Below are positions 1-8,123 of a stretch of 64,000 bases of DNA, one piece after another. The translations under genes were made by a program, and so were the position numbers. Source of the stretch: an uncultured Gemmatimonadales bacterium. Lineage in GTDB: Bacteria > Gemmatimonadota > Gemmatimonadetes > Gemmatimonadales > GWC2-71-9. The stretch spans positions 1 to 64,000 of the forward strand of contig CAVSQW010000014.1 in NCBI GenBank assembly GCA_963730185.1. The letters run 5' to 3'. Each line of letters opens with the position of its first letter. The stretch's first letter is position 1. The notes under the pieces are model-generated. The model was not told the origin of the DNA. It made no database searches and saw only the letters and a program-made list of their open reading frames with translations.

Positions 1-37
1 AGGGTGGTCGGGGCGTCGGTGCGGGGCTGGAGCGGGA

Positions 38-1654
38 TCAGAGCGGGAGGACGTCGTTCGCGTCGGCGGTCGCGGTGGTGAGGGGCCCATCCCGAAGAGT
101 CGCTCCACGGTCGCGAGCATCGAGGTGTGGTCGAAGACGTGTGGTCGATGACCCCGCGCTGGGTGTACGGGAGATCACCAGCGCCGGACCCGGACGCCGA
201 GCTGGTCGAACTTGAAGCCGTGCTGGACGTAGAGTCGGCTGAGAGGTCGCCCGGGGGCACGGCCGGCCGCCGGCTCGACGTGGTCGTAGAAGCCGCCGTG
301 CTCGTCGAAGGTGACCATGAGCAGGCTGTCGCTCCCAGTGGGGCGAGTTCCGAATGGCCTCGTAGACGTCCTTGATCAGCCGCTCACCCCGGGTGACGTC
401 GTCGAGCGGATGCATCGAGTTGCCGCAGGTGTAGTCGCCGGGGCCGGTGACGTCGAACTTGTGGGAGCCGTATTGTGGCTCGATGAAGACAAACTTCTCG
501 CGAAGGTCGCCGCGTTCACCTCGTATTGAAGTCCTCGAAGTCGCGCAACCGGCCCTGGAGCCGTTCAGGTTCATGCCCTTCAGCGCGAAGCTCACCGGAA
601 ACTCGTCGCCTGGAAGATCCGCCAGGGGATGCAGTCGGTGTCGAGAGGTCGAAGATGTTGCCGTTCTCGAAGCGATAGCCGTCGACCGTGGTCGAGGAGA
701 CGATGTCGAGCTTGGCCGGGCTCCCGTCCAGGCCACCCGAGGTGCCGGCCAGGCAGGAAGAACGGTTGGGCCAGGTCGGCCCAGGGAGCGATGAGAACCA
801 CTGATCGCAGACGGCGAACTCGCGGCCAGCTGTTCAGCACCGGGAGCTGGCCCGGCGCGAAGCAGCTGCATGATCCGCTCGGGCGTCGCGGAGCCGTGTC
901 GAGGTAGTTGGCCATGAACCCGGAGTTGTCGACGGCCGGGTAGCCGCCCAGCACGGGTCGTAGACGGCGCCGCCGCCGCAGAGGGAGACCAGGGTGTTCT
1001 CGAATTCATGGCCGGGGTCTTCGTCCATGTCCTTGAGCTGGAAGTCGGCCGGCGCGCTGACCGGGACCGGCAGGCCAGTGACCGGGATTGACGTTCTGGT
1101 GGTGGCGGGATCGAAGCCGGCGTTGAACGTGGTCGGATCGCCGAGGGGTCGACGCCGGTGATTCCGCTGAAGCCGAGCATGTGGTCGAAGGAGCGGTTCT
1201 CGAGCATCAGCACGAAGACGTGCTGGATCGCGGCGCGGTCCCGCCGGCCTCGGCCGAGGAGCGCCGGAACAGCGCTTGGCCAGGCTCAGCATCAGGCATC
1301 GAGGGTGTCCCAGGCCACGCAGACGGCCTGGAGGACCCAGGAGAACACGACGCAGAGCGCCTTGACCACCCAGGCGAAGGCCTTGCAGACCCACTTGGCC
1401 ACCCAGTACTAGGCCTTGCAGACCCACTTGGCGACCCAGTAATAGGCCCTGGCAGAAGAACCCGGCGATGCAGTTCCAGGGCGTGTACCAGTGGCACTTC
1501 TCCCAGGAGGTGCACTGCTCGACCCTTCGTCGGCCCAGGCTCGAGCATTCGCTGGAGCCCTCGTCCGCCCAGGAAGTGCACTCGTAGTCGAGCTGGTCGT
1601 CCAGTTCTTACAGGTGATGACGAGCGTGTCGACCCACTTGGTGCAGGTGGACAT
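38..1654 (-). CDS. Phosphoesterase (acid phosphatase / phospholipase C-like) with Cys/Trp-rich N-terminal extension; multiply frameshifted as given
   Basis: Motifs HVFVLMLENRSFDHMLG, DPGHEF, FVFIEPQY, SMHP..DV..GE.LIK.VYEAIRNSP.W spread over several frames; N-terminus MSTCTKW at 1654. Confidence 0.7.
1379..1448. repeat. Two tandem 33-bp units encoding (Y)YWVAKWVCKA on the minus strand
   Basis: ggccttgcagacccacttggccacccagtacta followed by ggccttgcagacccacttggcgacccagtaata. Confidence 0.85.
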
Positions 1655-1664
1655 GGCATTCCCC

Positions 1665-2042
1665 CTAGGGTTCGTACTGGGCTCGGAGGTGGCGATAGAG
1701 GAGGGCGAGGCGGAGCCGGGCGACTCCGACGCCGATGAGCTTGCCGGTGAGGCCGGCCGCGAAGACGAGGGCGGCCCCGAGGAGGAGGCTCCGAGTCAGG
1801 CCGCCCTGGAGGACGACCCCGAAGTGGAGGCGGTCGACGACCAGGGCGAGGAGCGCGATGAGGGCGAAGGCGCCGCCCAGGCTGCAGCCGCACTCGCCGT
1901 GGAGCGCCTTGGCGCGTTGGACGTAGGGGAGGAAGCGCTCCCGCTCGCCGGGCCGGGAGCGCAGCAGCTGGTCGAGGACCGACTCGGTTTGGGACACACC
2001 AGCCCCCAAGTACGGGGAGTCGAGGGTGATCGGCTGGACCAC
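1665..2042 (-). CDS. Hypothetical two-TM membrane protein with ECGC motif
   Basis: 125-aa ORF with two hydrophobic stretches, ending 10 bp before the phosphoesterase start. Confidence 0.55.
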   Translation of the reverse strand: MVQPITLDSPYLGAGVSQTESVLDQLLRSRPGERERFLPYVQRAKALHGECGCSLGGAFALIALLALVVDRLHFGVVLQGGLTRSLLLGAALVFAAGLTGKLIGVGVARLRLALLYRHLRAQYEP

Positions 2043-2139
2043 TTCAAGTTATGGCGAATCCCGGTTCGCGTCGACGGGTGGCGCGCTTTGGGTCACCGAG
2101 GGGGCATGCTGTGCCACATAATTCCTTATCGCCGCGGGG

Positions 2140-2344
2140 GTGCTGCATAAGGAGGTGCTCGCCGTACTTATGCTGCGGGCCCCGCTCGGATGGGTGGCCA
2201 GCGCCGCCTCCGGCGGCCGGCCAGCGAAGGGCCGGAAGTGTCGGTTCGCAAACAGGTTGCGGAGGGTCTGGCCGGCGGTAACCCGCGTGCCCGACGAATT
2301 TGTTATCTTGCGAGCTGGAGTCCACGCAGGTCAAGTAGTTAGGC
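2140..2344 (+). other. Candidate attI-like site at the head of the cassette array
   Basis: GTTAGGC core at 2338-2344 pairs with the end of cassette 1 (GCCGCCTAAC, 3262-3271). No attC hairpin or RYYYAAC partner upstream; GCATAAG/CTTATGC inverted repeat at about 2144-2175. Confidence 0.5.
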
Positions 2345-2363
2345 GGCCAGGTACGGAGACGTG

Positions 2364-2885
2364 ATGAACGAGCCACTGACTGAAGACATCCAGCGAATGG
2401 TCGGCACCGCACGACGCTATTTGGTGGACGCCACGCTCCTTGAGCGCAGCCTCGACGTGTCGTCTGACGGGTCATATCTGCTCCGTCTGACAGCACTTGA
2501 GATACTTCTCAAGGCCCTCCTTCGTTTCCTGGGGAAGGTTCCAGGTCGGCATCATCGGTACCAAGAGCACTTCGCTGCGCTCCCACCGCAGGCTGCCACT
2601 CGGTTGATCCAGGCCGCGGCGCTGCGGATGGGACCTACGGCCGCATACTCCGATACGCCAGCGCTTTTGGCGACTTGGGCAGCCAACTTCGTCGCCCTTC
2701 GGTACCCTTATGAGGCATACAACGGCATGACGGCCGATGAAGTCCACAGGCTGGGCGCAGCTTGGCTTGCTGGTGGTGCCAAGCCTGAGGAAGCCACCTT
2801 TCGGTACCATCCCCTTGAGCTCGATGGCTTCCTGTGCGCGTTGCAGGACTTACTACACACGCCGGGCCACCCGATCGGCGCATGA
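2364..2885 (+). CDS. Cassette 1a: HEPN-like domain protein
   Basis: ALEILLKAL, HH.Y..HF..L and LRYPYE motifs resemble the HEPN ExxLK...H...RYP pattern. Confidence 0.6.
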   Translation: MNEPLTEDIQRMVGTARRYLVDATLLERSLDVSSDGSYLLRLTALEILLKALLRFLGKVPGRHHRYQEHFAALPPQAATRLIQAAALRMGPTAAYSDTPALLATWAANFVALRYPYEAYNGMTADEVHRLGAAWLAGGAKPEEATFRYHPLELDGFLCALQDLLHTPGHPIGA

Positions 2886-2925
2886 GCCTCGAACGCGCCG
2901 ATTGCTCTCACCACACCAGAACTCC

Positions 2926-3270
2926 ATGACCGCGGCGAGCCGGGTCGGACTGAGCCACCTTCTTGACCGCATTTGGACCCTGGTCTGTCTTTTCGGCCTC
3001 GGGCTACTTCCCCTGATCGGGGGTCTTTGCGTCCTTGGCTGGCAAACCGTCCACTACCTGCAAGCCGGCACCTGGGCGCCAGTCTCATTCCTCGACTTCC
3101 TCCACTGGGCGAACGTTCGCCGCTCTTGGATCGAGTCGCCGAGCTCGTGGCTCGGCATCTGGAAGTTCTTCAACTGGCTTCCTGCGTCACTTGCTGGAGT
3201 CGTCTACGGTGGCGCCATATCAGTGATATTCGCCGCCGGCATGAAGGACGACGAATCGAGTGCCGCCTAA
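2926..3270 (+). CDS. Cassette 1b: small Trp-rich membrane protein
   Basis: 114 aa, two hydrophobic helices; its TAA stop lies within the attC GCCTAAC box. Confidence 0.65.
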   Translation: MTAASRVGLSHLLDRIWTLVCLFGLGLLPLIGGLCVLGWQTVHYLQAGTWAPVSFLDFLHWANVRRSWIESPSSWLGIWKFFNWLPASLAGVVYGGAISVIFAAGMKDDESSAA

Positions 3271-3400
3271 CAAGATGCTGCAGCGGACCGGCGCCGAGGC
3301 TCCGCTTCCGAAGGTGCGGCCGCGGCTCCATGTTGCTGCGAGGCCGCCGCGGCCGCTTAGTTCCGACCGGCGCCGGCCGCTGAACATCTGAACGTTAGAC
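3265..3400 (+). repeat. attC site 1 (136 bp)
   Basis: GCCTAAC...GTTAGAC; arms GCTGCAGCGGACCGGCGCCG / CGGCGCCGGCCGCTGAAC with unpaired G and A. Confidence 0.92.
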
Positions 3401-3422
3401 GTCCAAAACCCTACCGTTCCGA

Positions 3423-4148
3423 ATGGCACCTGACCTCCGTGCGGTCGCCCTTGGCGACGAGGTTCTGACCTCGATTCGCCTCATCGAGCATGGCCTTGCA
3501 GCTGTGCAGCGCCTCGGCGCGGCAAACGACTTCTACTACGCGCCGCTCCTCTTGCTTTCCACCGGCCTCGAGCGGCTAATGAAGTGTGTCGTCTGCCTCC
3601 GCGCACTGGAAGCGGGAGGTCAGTACCCAACCCGAAGTAAACTGAAACGCTTCTCTCACGACCTTGCGGCCCTGCGCGATGCGGTCGTTCGCTCCTGTTT
3701 CGACGACGCCTACTGCTCCCGCCAAGCAGCGGCGGCCGACGCTGGCTACTTGACTGACGATGCTCGGGGCCGGCGCTTTCTGGAAATGTTGAGCACGTTC
3801 GCGCAAGCAGCTCGCTACCACAACTTGGACACGGTGTGTGGCGAGGCTCCCGATGTCGCCACTCCGGATCACGCGTGGGCCGCTCTTGAGATGGAGATCC
3901 TCAAGGACTATCCCGACTTGCTCGCATCTCTTCGGTCCGGTGGCCCTTTGGGCGAAGTCTACTCGCGGATCAACACCGAGCTCGTTGGGCATGTCGAGCG
4001 AACAGCCCGAGCACTATGCCGCCTGTTTACACTAGGGCCGCTCGGCGAAAGGGGCCAAATGCTAACTGGCTATATCGGACCCTTCCTGTTCTTGCAGGAC
4101 CGGGATCTGGGAACCAGGGCGTACCCGCTGCGGAGCCCGTCGCGCTGA
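3423..4148 (+). CDS. Cassette 2: hypothetical protein, HEPN-like
   Basis: LSTGLERLMK, FSHDL and ARYHNLD motifs; fills the cassette exactly. Confidence 0.6.
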   Translation: MAPDLRAVALGDEVLTSIRLIEHGLAAVQRLGAANDFYYAPLLLLSTGLERLMKCVVCLRALEAGGQYPTRSKLKRFSHDLAALRDAVVRSCFDDAYCSRQAAAADAGYLTDDARGRRFLEMLSTFAQAARYHNLDTVCGEAPDVATPDHAWAALEMEILKDYPDLLASLRSGGPLGEVYSRINTELVGHVERTARALCRLFTLGPLGERGQMLTGYIGPFLFLQDRDLGTRAYPLRSPSR

Positions 4149-4149
4149 C

Positions 4150-4287
4150 GTCTAACCAAATCTTGAACTGGACGGGCGCCCGGCCCTCCGATTTGCGGAG
4201 TCGCGGCCGCGCCGCCATGTTGGTTGGAGGATGGCGCGGCCGCTCAGTTCTGAGCGGCGCCCGCCAGTTAAGATTGGGCCGTTAGGT
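4150..4287 (+). repeat. attC site 2 (138 bp)
   Basis: GTCTAAC...GTTAGGT; ATCTT[G]AACTGG[A]CGGGCGCC pairs with GGCGCCCGCCAGTTAAGAT. Confidence 0.93.
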
Positions 4288-4329
4288 GGCGTCGGCCCCC
4301 GCCGACCGCCACCAGCCCGAGGTTGGCTT

Positions 4330-5553
4330 ATGACTCGCACGCTGGGTATCGGTTGGCTGGGTATCGGTTGGGCGCTGGCAGCGGCGATGCTACTCGGGTG
4401 CGGCGCCGACCGTGCACCGCTGGTCCATGTCCGCGACAGTGCTGGGACCCGGATCGTGGACAATTTCCGACCGTCAGGCCTGCGGTTTGAGCTGGACTCC
4501 GTGCCAGTGATCGACATTGGGCCCGAGGGAGGGCCAGGCGCCGAGTTCGTCAGCAGCCCGGTATCAGCCTTGCGGCTCCCAGATAAACGGATCATTGCCG
4601 CCGGCTGGGCAATGACCCAGGTCAAAGTGTTCGACTCAGCGGGGCGGTGGTTGCGCGATGTTGGCCGCGCCGGAGCTGGCCCGGGGGAGTTCGTCGGCCT
4701 GGGGTTCGTCTTCCCGCTCTCGGCAGACAGTGTCCTCACGTTCGAGCCAATGAGTCAGCGAGTCCAGCGCTGGACCCCCGCCATGAGCTTCGATCGGTTG
4801 GCCATTCTCACCTCCCCGCCTGATCGACCCACGGCTTGGGTACGGGGCACCTTTGACGACGGATCGCTCCTCCTTGCCACTAGCCTTCCGGACGAGGCGA
4901 CGAGTACCTCGCTCACCACCGGGATGGTCACCACGCTGAGTCGGGCGGCTTCGTCGTCGGCCCCCTGGGACTCGCTAACGGCATTTCCGAGCGCGCCGCG
5001 GCTTCGCCGCCCCAGCCAACCGACGACGACCTATGGTGGCCCCCTATTCGTGCCGGAGCCAAGCTACCATGCTCGTGGCTCGCGGCTCGCGTTTGCCTCC
5101 GGCGCTCGGTTCGAAATCGAGATCCGGACAAAGACCGGTGCTCTGCAGATGATCATTCGCCGTCCATCGACGGTGCAGGAGGTGTCTGACGCCGACTTCG
5201 ACCGCGCGGTAGCGGCGTGGCGGGCGCGATTCCCAGCCGCCCTCCAGGCCGAGCTTGAGCCCGCCCTTCTGAAGGCATCGCCCCGAACCCGCCCCCCGGT
5301 CGCGGAGGTTTGGCTCGCTGGCGACGGCCGCATCTGGGCCGTCTACGGTGATCCGACCATTGGCGAGGCGGCCCGAGCCAGCGTGTTCGATCACGAAGGC
5401 CTGTGGGAAGGCGACATTGAATTGCCAACCGGGCTCCAGATCAACCAGATAGATGCGGACGGCCTCCTCGGCACTTTCGAAGACGCCGACGGCTTCCGTC
5501 ATTTGCGTTTCTATCAGTTCGTCTCCACCAGGGACGCCGCAGGCCACGAATAG
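4330..5553 (+). CDS. Cassette 3: 6-bladed beta-propeller lipoprotein
   Basis: Lipobox-like LLGC, VRDSAG..IV.N, and FDSAG.WLR.VGR.G.GPGEF motif. Confidence 0.8.
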   Translation: MTRTLGIGWLGIGWALAAAMLLGCGADRAPLVHVRDSAGTRIVDNFRPSGLRFELDSVPVIDIGPEGGPGAEFVSSPVSALRLPDKRIIAAGWAMTQVKVFDSAGRWLRDVGRAGAGPGEFVGLGFVFPLSADSVLTFEPMSQRVQRWTPAMSFDRLAILTSPPDRPTAWVRGTFDDGSLLLATSLPDEATSTSLTTGMVTTLSRAASSSAPWDSLTAFPSAPRLRRPSQPTTTYGGPLFVPEPSYHARGSRLAFASGARFEIEIRTKTGALQMIIRRPSTVQEVSDADFDRAVAAWRARFPAALQAELEPALLKASPRTRPPVAEVWLAGDGRIWAVYGDPTIGEAARASVFDHEGLWEGDIELPTGLQINQIDADGLLGTFEDADGFRHLRFYQFVSTRDAAGHE

Positions 5554-5558
5554 CCGCC

Positions 5559-5700
5559 ACCTAACCCGTGCCTGAAGGCTGCCGAGGCCGCCGGGCATCC
5601 AGCCCGGAATGGCCCGGCAGCCGCAGCCGCTCTATACTGTTGGAGGCCGCGGCCGCGGCTGCCCCCAGCGGCCTCGCAGCTTATGCACTATCCGTTAGGC
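5559..5700 (+). repeat. attC site 3 (142 bp)
   Basis: ACCTAAC...GTTAGGC; arms GCTGCCGAGGCCGC / GCGGCCTCGCAGC. Confidence 0.9.
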
Positions 5701-5711
5701 GGCGTCCCGCG

Positions 5712-6680
5712 ATGAGAATACCTCCAGAGCTCCGACCTATGCTCTTCAGCGGCATCCCGTGGTATGAGCAGCTCGCTGAGCGGCCGTCAACGGAGCCGAC
5801 CGCGTGGTTTCTACTCCGTGATCCTGAGCCTGAGTGGTACGTACAGCTTCTGAATGCGACTATTGAGTTCCTTCAGCGGCACAAGCTGGTTCCGCTCTAC
5901 CGGGGCCGGCTACGAGCAATCCGGCCCGGCGACCTTACGCCCGGTCGCGCACAGAGTGAACGTCGCAACGTATCCCAGCCGATCTGGGATGTACTTAACG
6001 AGCCCCTCGTCGGCCTCGTGCTGGAACGCGCGGCCGGCTGGACGCTGCTCCAACCAGATCCGCCGGGGCGGTCGGGTCGCCTGGGCGACTGGCTCTTTCG
6101 GACCCCGTCGGGACGGGATGTCTTTGTTGAAGTGAAGAGCCCCGCTGAAATAGAGGCGACTACCGGGTCGGGTACGAGGTCTGACTACCGGCCTCGAATT
6201 CGCGCGGAAGTGCGCCGAGCGTACGGGCAGCTGCCCTCGGACGGCCGGGCGACGATGATCGTGATTGTCGGCAACGAGATGGTACGGGTGCCGTTCGGGC
6301 TGATGCTCGGCGACCTGTTTCAGGCCATGTTCGGTCAGTATGAAGTACGACTCCGGCCTTTCGAGCAGCCCTCGAGAATCACCTATCAGGGCCCGTCCTG
6401 GAGGGACATGTTGGTCCACGGGACCAAGCACCGCCAGCTGGGTTGTCTATGCGGCTTGTTGAAACGTGGGGTGGACCGGCCATTTCTCGGGTTGTATACC
6501 ATTCACAATCCGTTCGCGGACCCCACGGTTCGCTTGCCGGCCACCGACCTCGGCGGACTACATCAGTTTGCTGTTGATGACGAGCACGTTGGTCGCGAAG
6601 CGGGCGTCGATAATCACGAGGTGTGGGGCCGCCTTCAACTGCCAACCTGGCGACGCGATCCAGCCTCCGACGCCGCCTAA
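5712..6680 (+). CDS. Cassette 4: PD-(D/E)XK nuclease-like protein
   Basis: NE...GDWLF...VFVEVKS arrangement; stop codon inside the attC GCCTAAC. Confidence 0.6.
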   Translation: MRIPPELRPMLFSGIPWYEQLAERPSTEPTAWFLLRDPEPEWYVQLLNATIEFLQRHKLVPLYRGRLRAIRPGDLTPGRAQSERRNVSQPIWDVLNEPLVGLVLERAAGWTLLQPDPPGRSGRLGDWLFRTPSGRDVFVEVKSPAEIEATTGSGTRSDYRPRIRAEVRRAYGQLPSDGRATMIVIVGNEMVRVPFGLMLGDLFQAMFGQYEVRLRPFEQPSRITYQGPSWRDMLVHGTKHRQLGCLCGLLKRGVDRPFLGLYTIHNPFADPTVRLPATDLGGLHQFAVDDEHVGREAGVDNHEVWGRLQLPTWRRDPASDAA

Positions 6681-6812
6681 CACAATCTTGAACTGGACGG
6701 GCGCCAGGCGCTCCGCTTGCAGAGTCGCGGCCGCGCCCCGATGTTGGTTGGAGGATGGCGCGGCCGCTCAGTTCCGAGGCGGCGCCCGCCAGTTAAGATG
6801 TCGCCGTTAGGC
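6675..6812 (+). repeat. attC site 4 (138 bp)
   Basis: GCCTAAC...GTTAGGC; near-identical arms to sites 2 and 5. Confidence 0.93.
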
Positions 6813-6829
6813 GTCCCGTTGAGCTCCAG

Positions 6830-7695
6830 ATGCACAACGTCGTCCTTTACCTAGATACCAACCACGTATCGGAGCTCGCCCGATGCCCTACGGCCACGGA
6901 CCAGGCAGCCGTCCTGGGGCTCCTGCAGTCCGGTCGCGGGCGTCTTGCGATCTCGCTTGTCCATTTCATCGAACTGGCTGCCCCCGACTTCCGAAGCGTC
7001 GACGATGCGCGCGGTTTGCTGAGGGACGTACCGGTAGCTTGGACCGTTAGCACAGAGGAGCTATGGGACGGGGAGATCGCCGTGGCGTGCGCTCGGGCGC
7101 GCGGCCTCGAACGGCAGCCACCGCGCGTGTTCTGCGAGAATTCGCTTGATTGGTCCAGATGGCCCTCGCCAGCGTCGGGAAACGCCGCTGAGTTCCTCGA
7201 CTCGCTGATCGAGCAGCCGGCTCTGCGAGACGGACTCCTCCAGGTGGCCGACGAGTGGGCCCGGGCTTCAATGCTGAAGACCGAGGCCGCCTTGATCAAG
7301 GTACCGGGGCTTCCTCTGGAGTTGGCTGTGGACGCCCACTTGGCGGGATGGCGAGAGCGTAACGCCCACTATGCGGATGGGCTGAACGCCACCGAGATCG
7401 TCCGTGCGGTCGGCGGCTCAGTCGGATTCCCATCGCTGAACATGTTTCATCGAACCATAGAGCAGCGTTTGCGACAAGTCAGCCAGAAGAGTACACGGAA
7501 CGACATATTCGACGACTATCACGCCGCGTACGCCCCATATGCGGCGGTCACTGCGCTGGATCGCGGACTACGGCGCGGGTACGGAGTGCCGGACTTGCCG
7601 AGCTCCACCGGGTGACGGCACGGCTACGCGACGTACCCGACGTCCTGGCACGAGTTGAGAATGGCGAGCTATCGGTCGTACCGTCGACCTTCTAG
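6830..7695 (+). CDS. Cassette 5: PIN-like domain protein (probable frameshift near 7570)
   Basis: N-terminal VLYLDTN and C-terminal NDIFDDYH...ALDR acidic motifs. The ORF stops at 7615 as given, but an alternative frame continues to TAG 7695, next to the attC. Confidence 0.55.
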
Positions 7696-7704
7696 CCAGC
7701 GGAC

Positions 7705-7838
7705 GCCTAACAAAATCTTGAACTGGACGGGCGCCACCCACTCCGGTTTGCGAAGTCGCGGCCGCGCCCCAATCTTTCTAGCAGAATGGCGCGGCCGCTC
7801 AGGTCGGAGCGGCGCCCGCCAGTTAAGATTTGGCCGTT
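7705..7838 (+). repeat. attC site 5, interrupted at its GTT core by the IS110-family element
   Basis: GCCTAAC...GTT, then the IS; the remainder TAGACGGCC resumes at 9362. Confidence 0.92.
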
Positions 7839-7944
7839 GATATGACTGGGCTGCTGTCAAGGATCGTGATCTTCACCCACTCATGACCGTACCCTCCAGT
7901 GTCAGGCGACTGCGGTGAAAGAGACGACGGGCCCGGGGCTGCTT

Positions 7945-8095
7945 CGCCGATCATCCTGCTGATATACGCCGGTCAGCGGGTCCTCTCGCCGGAGCGGCAC
8001 GAAGTGGATGCGTCGGGAGCGACCTCGGTCTAGACACTCGGGTTCCGTTGGGCTGCACACGTACCGGATAACGACCAACGAGGGTTCCCCCCAGA
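7945..8095 (-). ncRNA. Candidate bridge/seek RNA of the IS1111-type element
   Basis: Minus-strand segments UUGGUCGUUA (8078-8069) and GUCUA (8035-8031) match the target halves; ACUUC (8005-8001) and AUAUCAG (7965-7959) match the donor junction halves. Flanked by CCUCG/CGAGG, CAUCC/GGAUG and GCCG/CGGC stems. RNA ends are unknown. Confidence 0.65.
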
Positions 8096-8123
8096 TCGTG
8101 CCCCGGCCACCCGCCGTCTCCTC

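Noticed and set aside
1409..1411. In-frame TAG as pyrrolysine or programmed readthrough
   Set aside because: It lies in an error-rich region, the sister repeat has an ordinary Tyr codon, and no pyl genes are in the window.
1491..2150. Acidic + strand ORF as an integrase remnant
   Set aside because: It is the antisense shadow of the 1665-2042 gene; no tyrosine-recombinase motifs.
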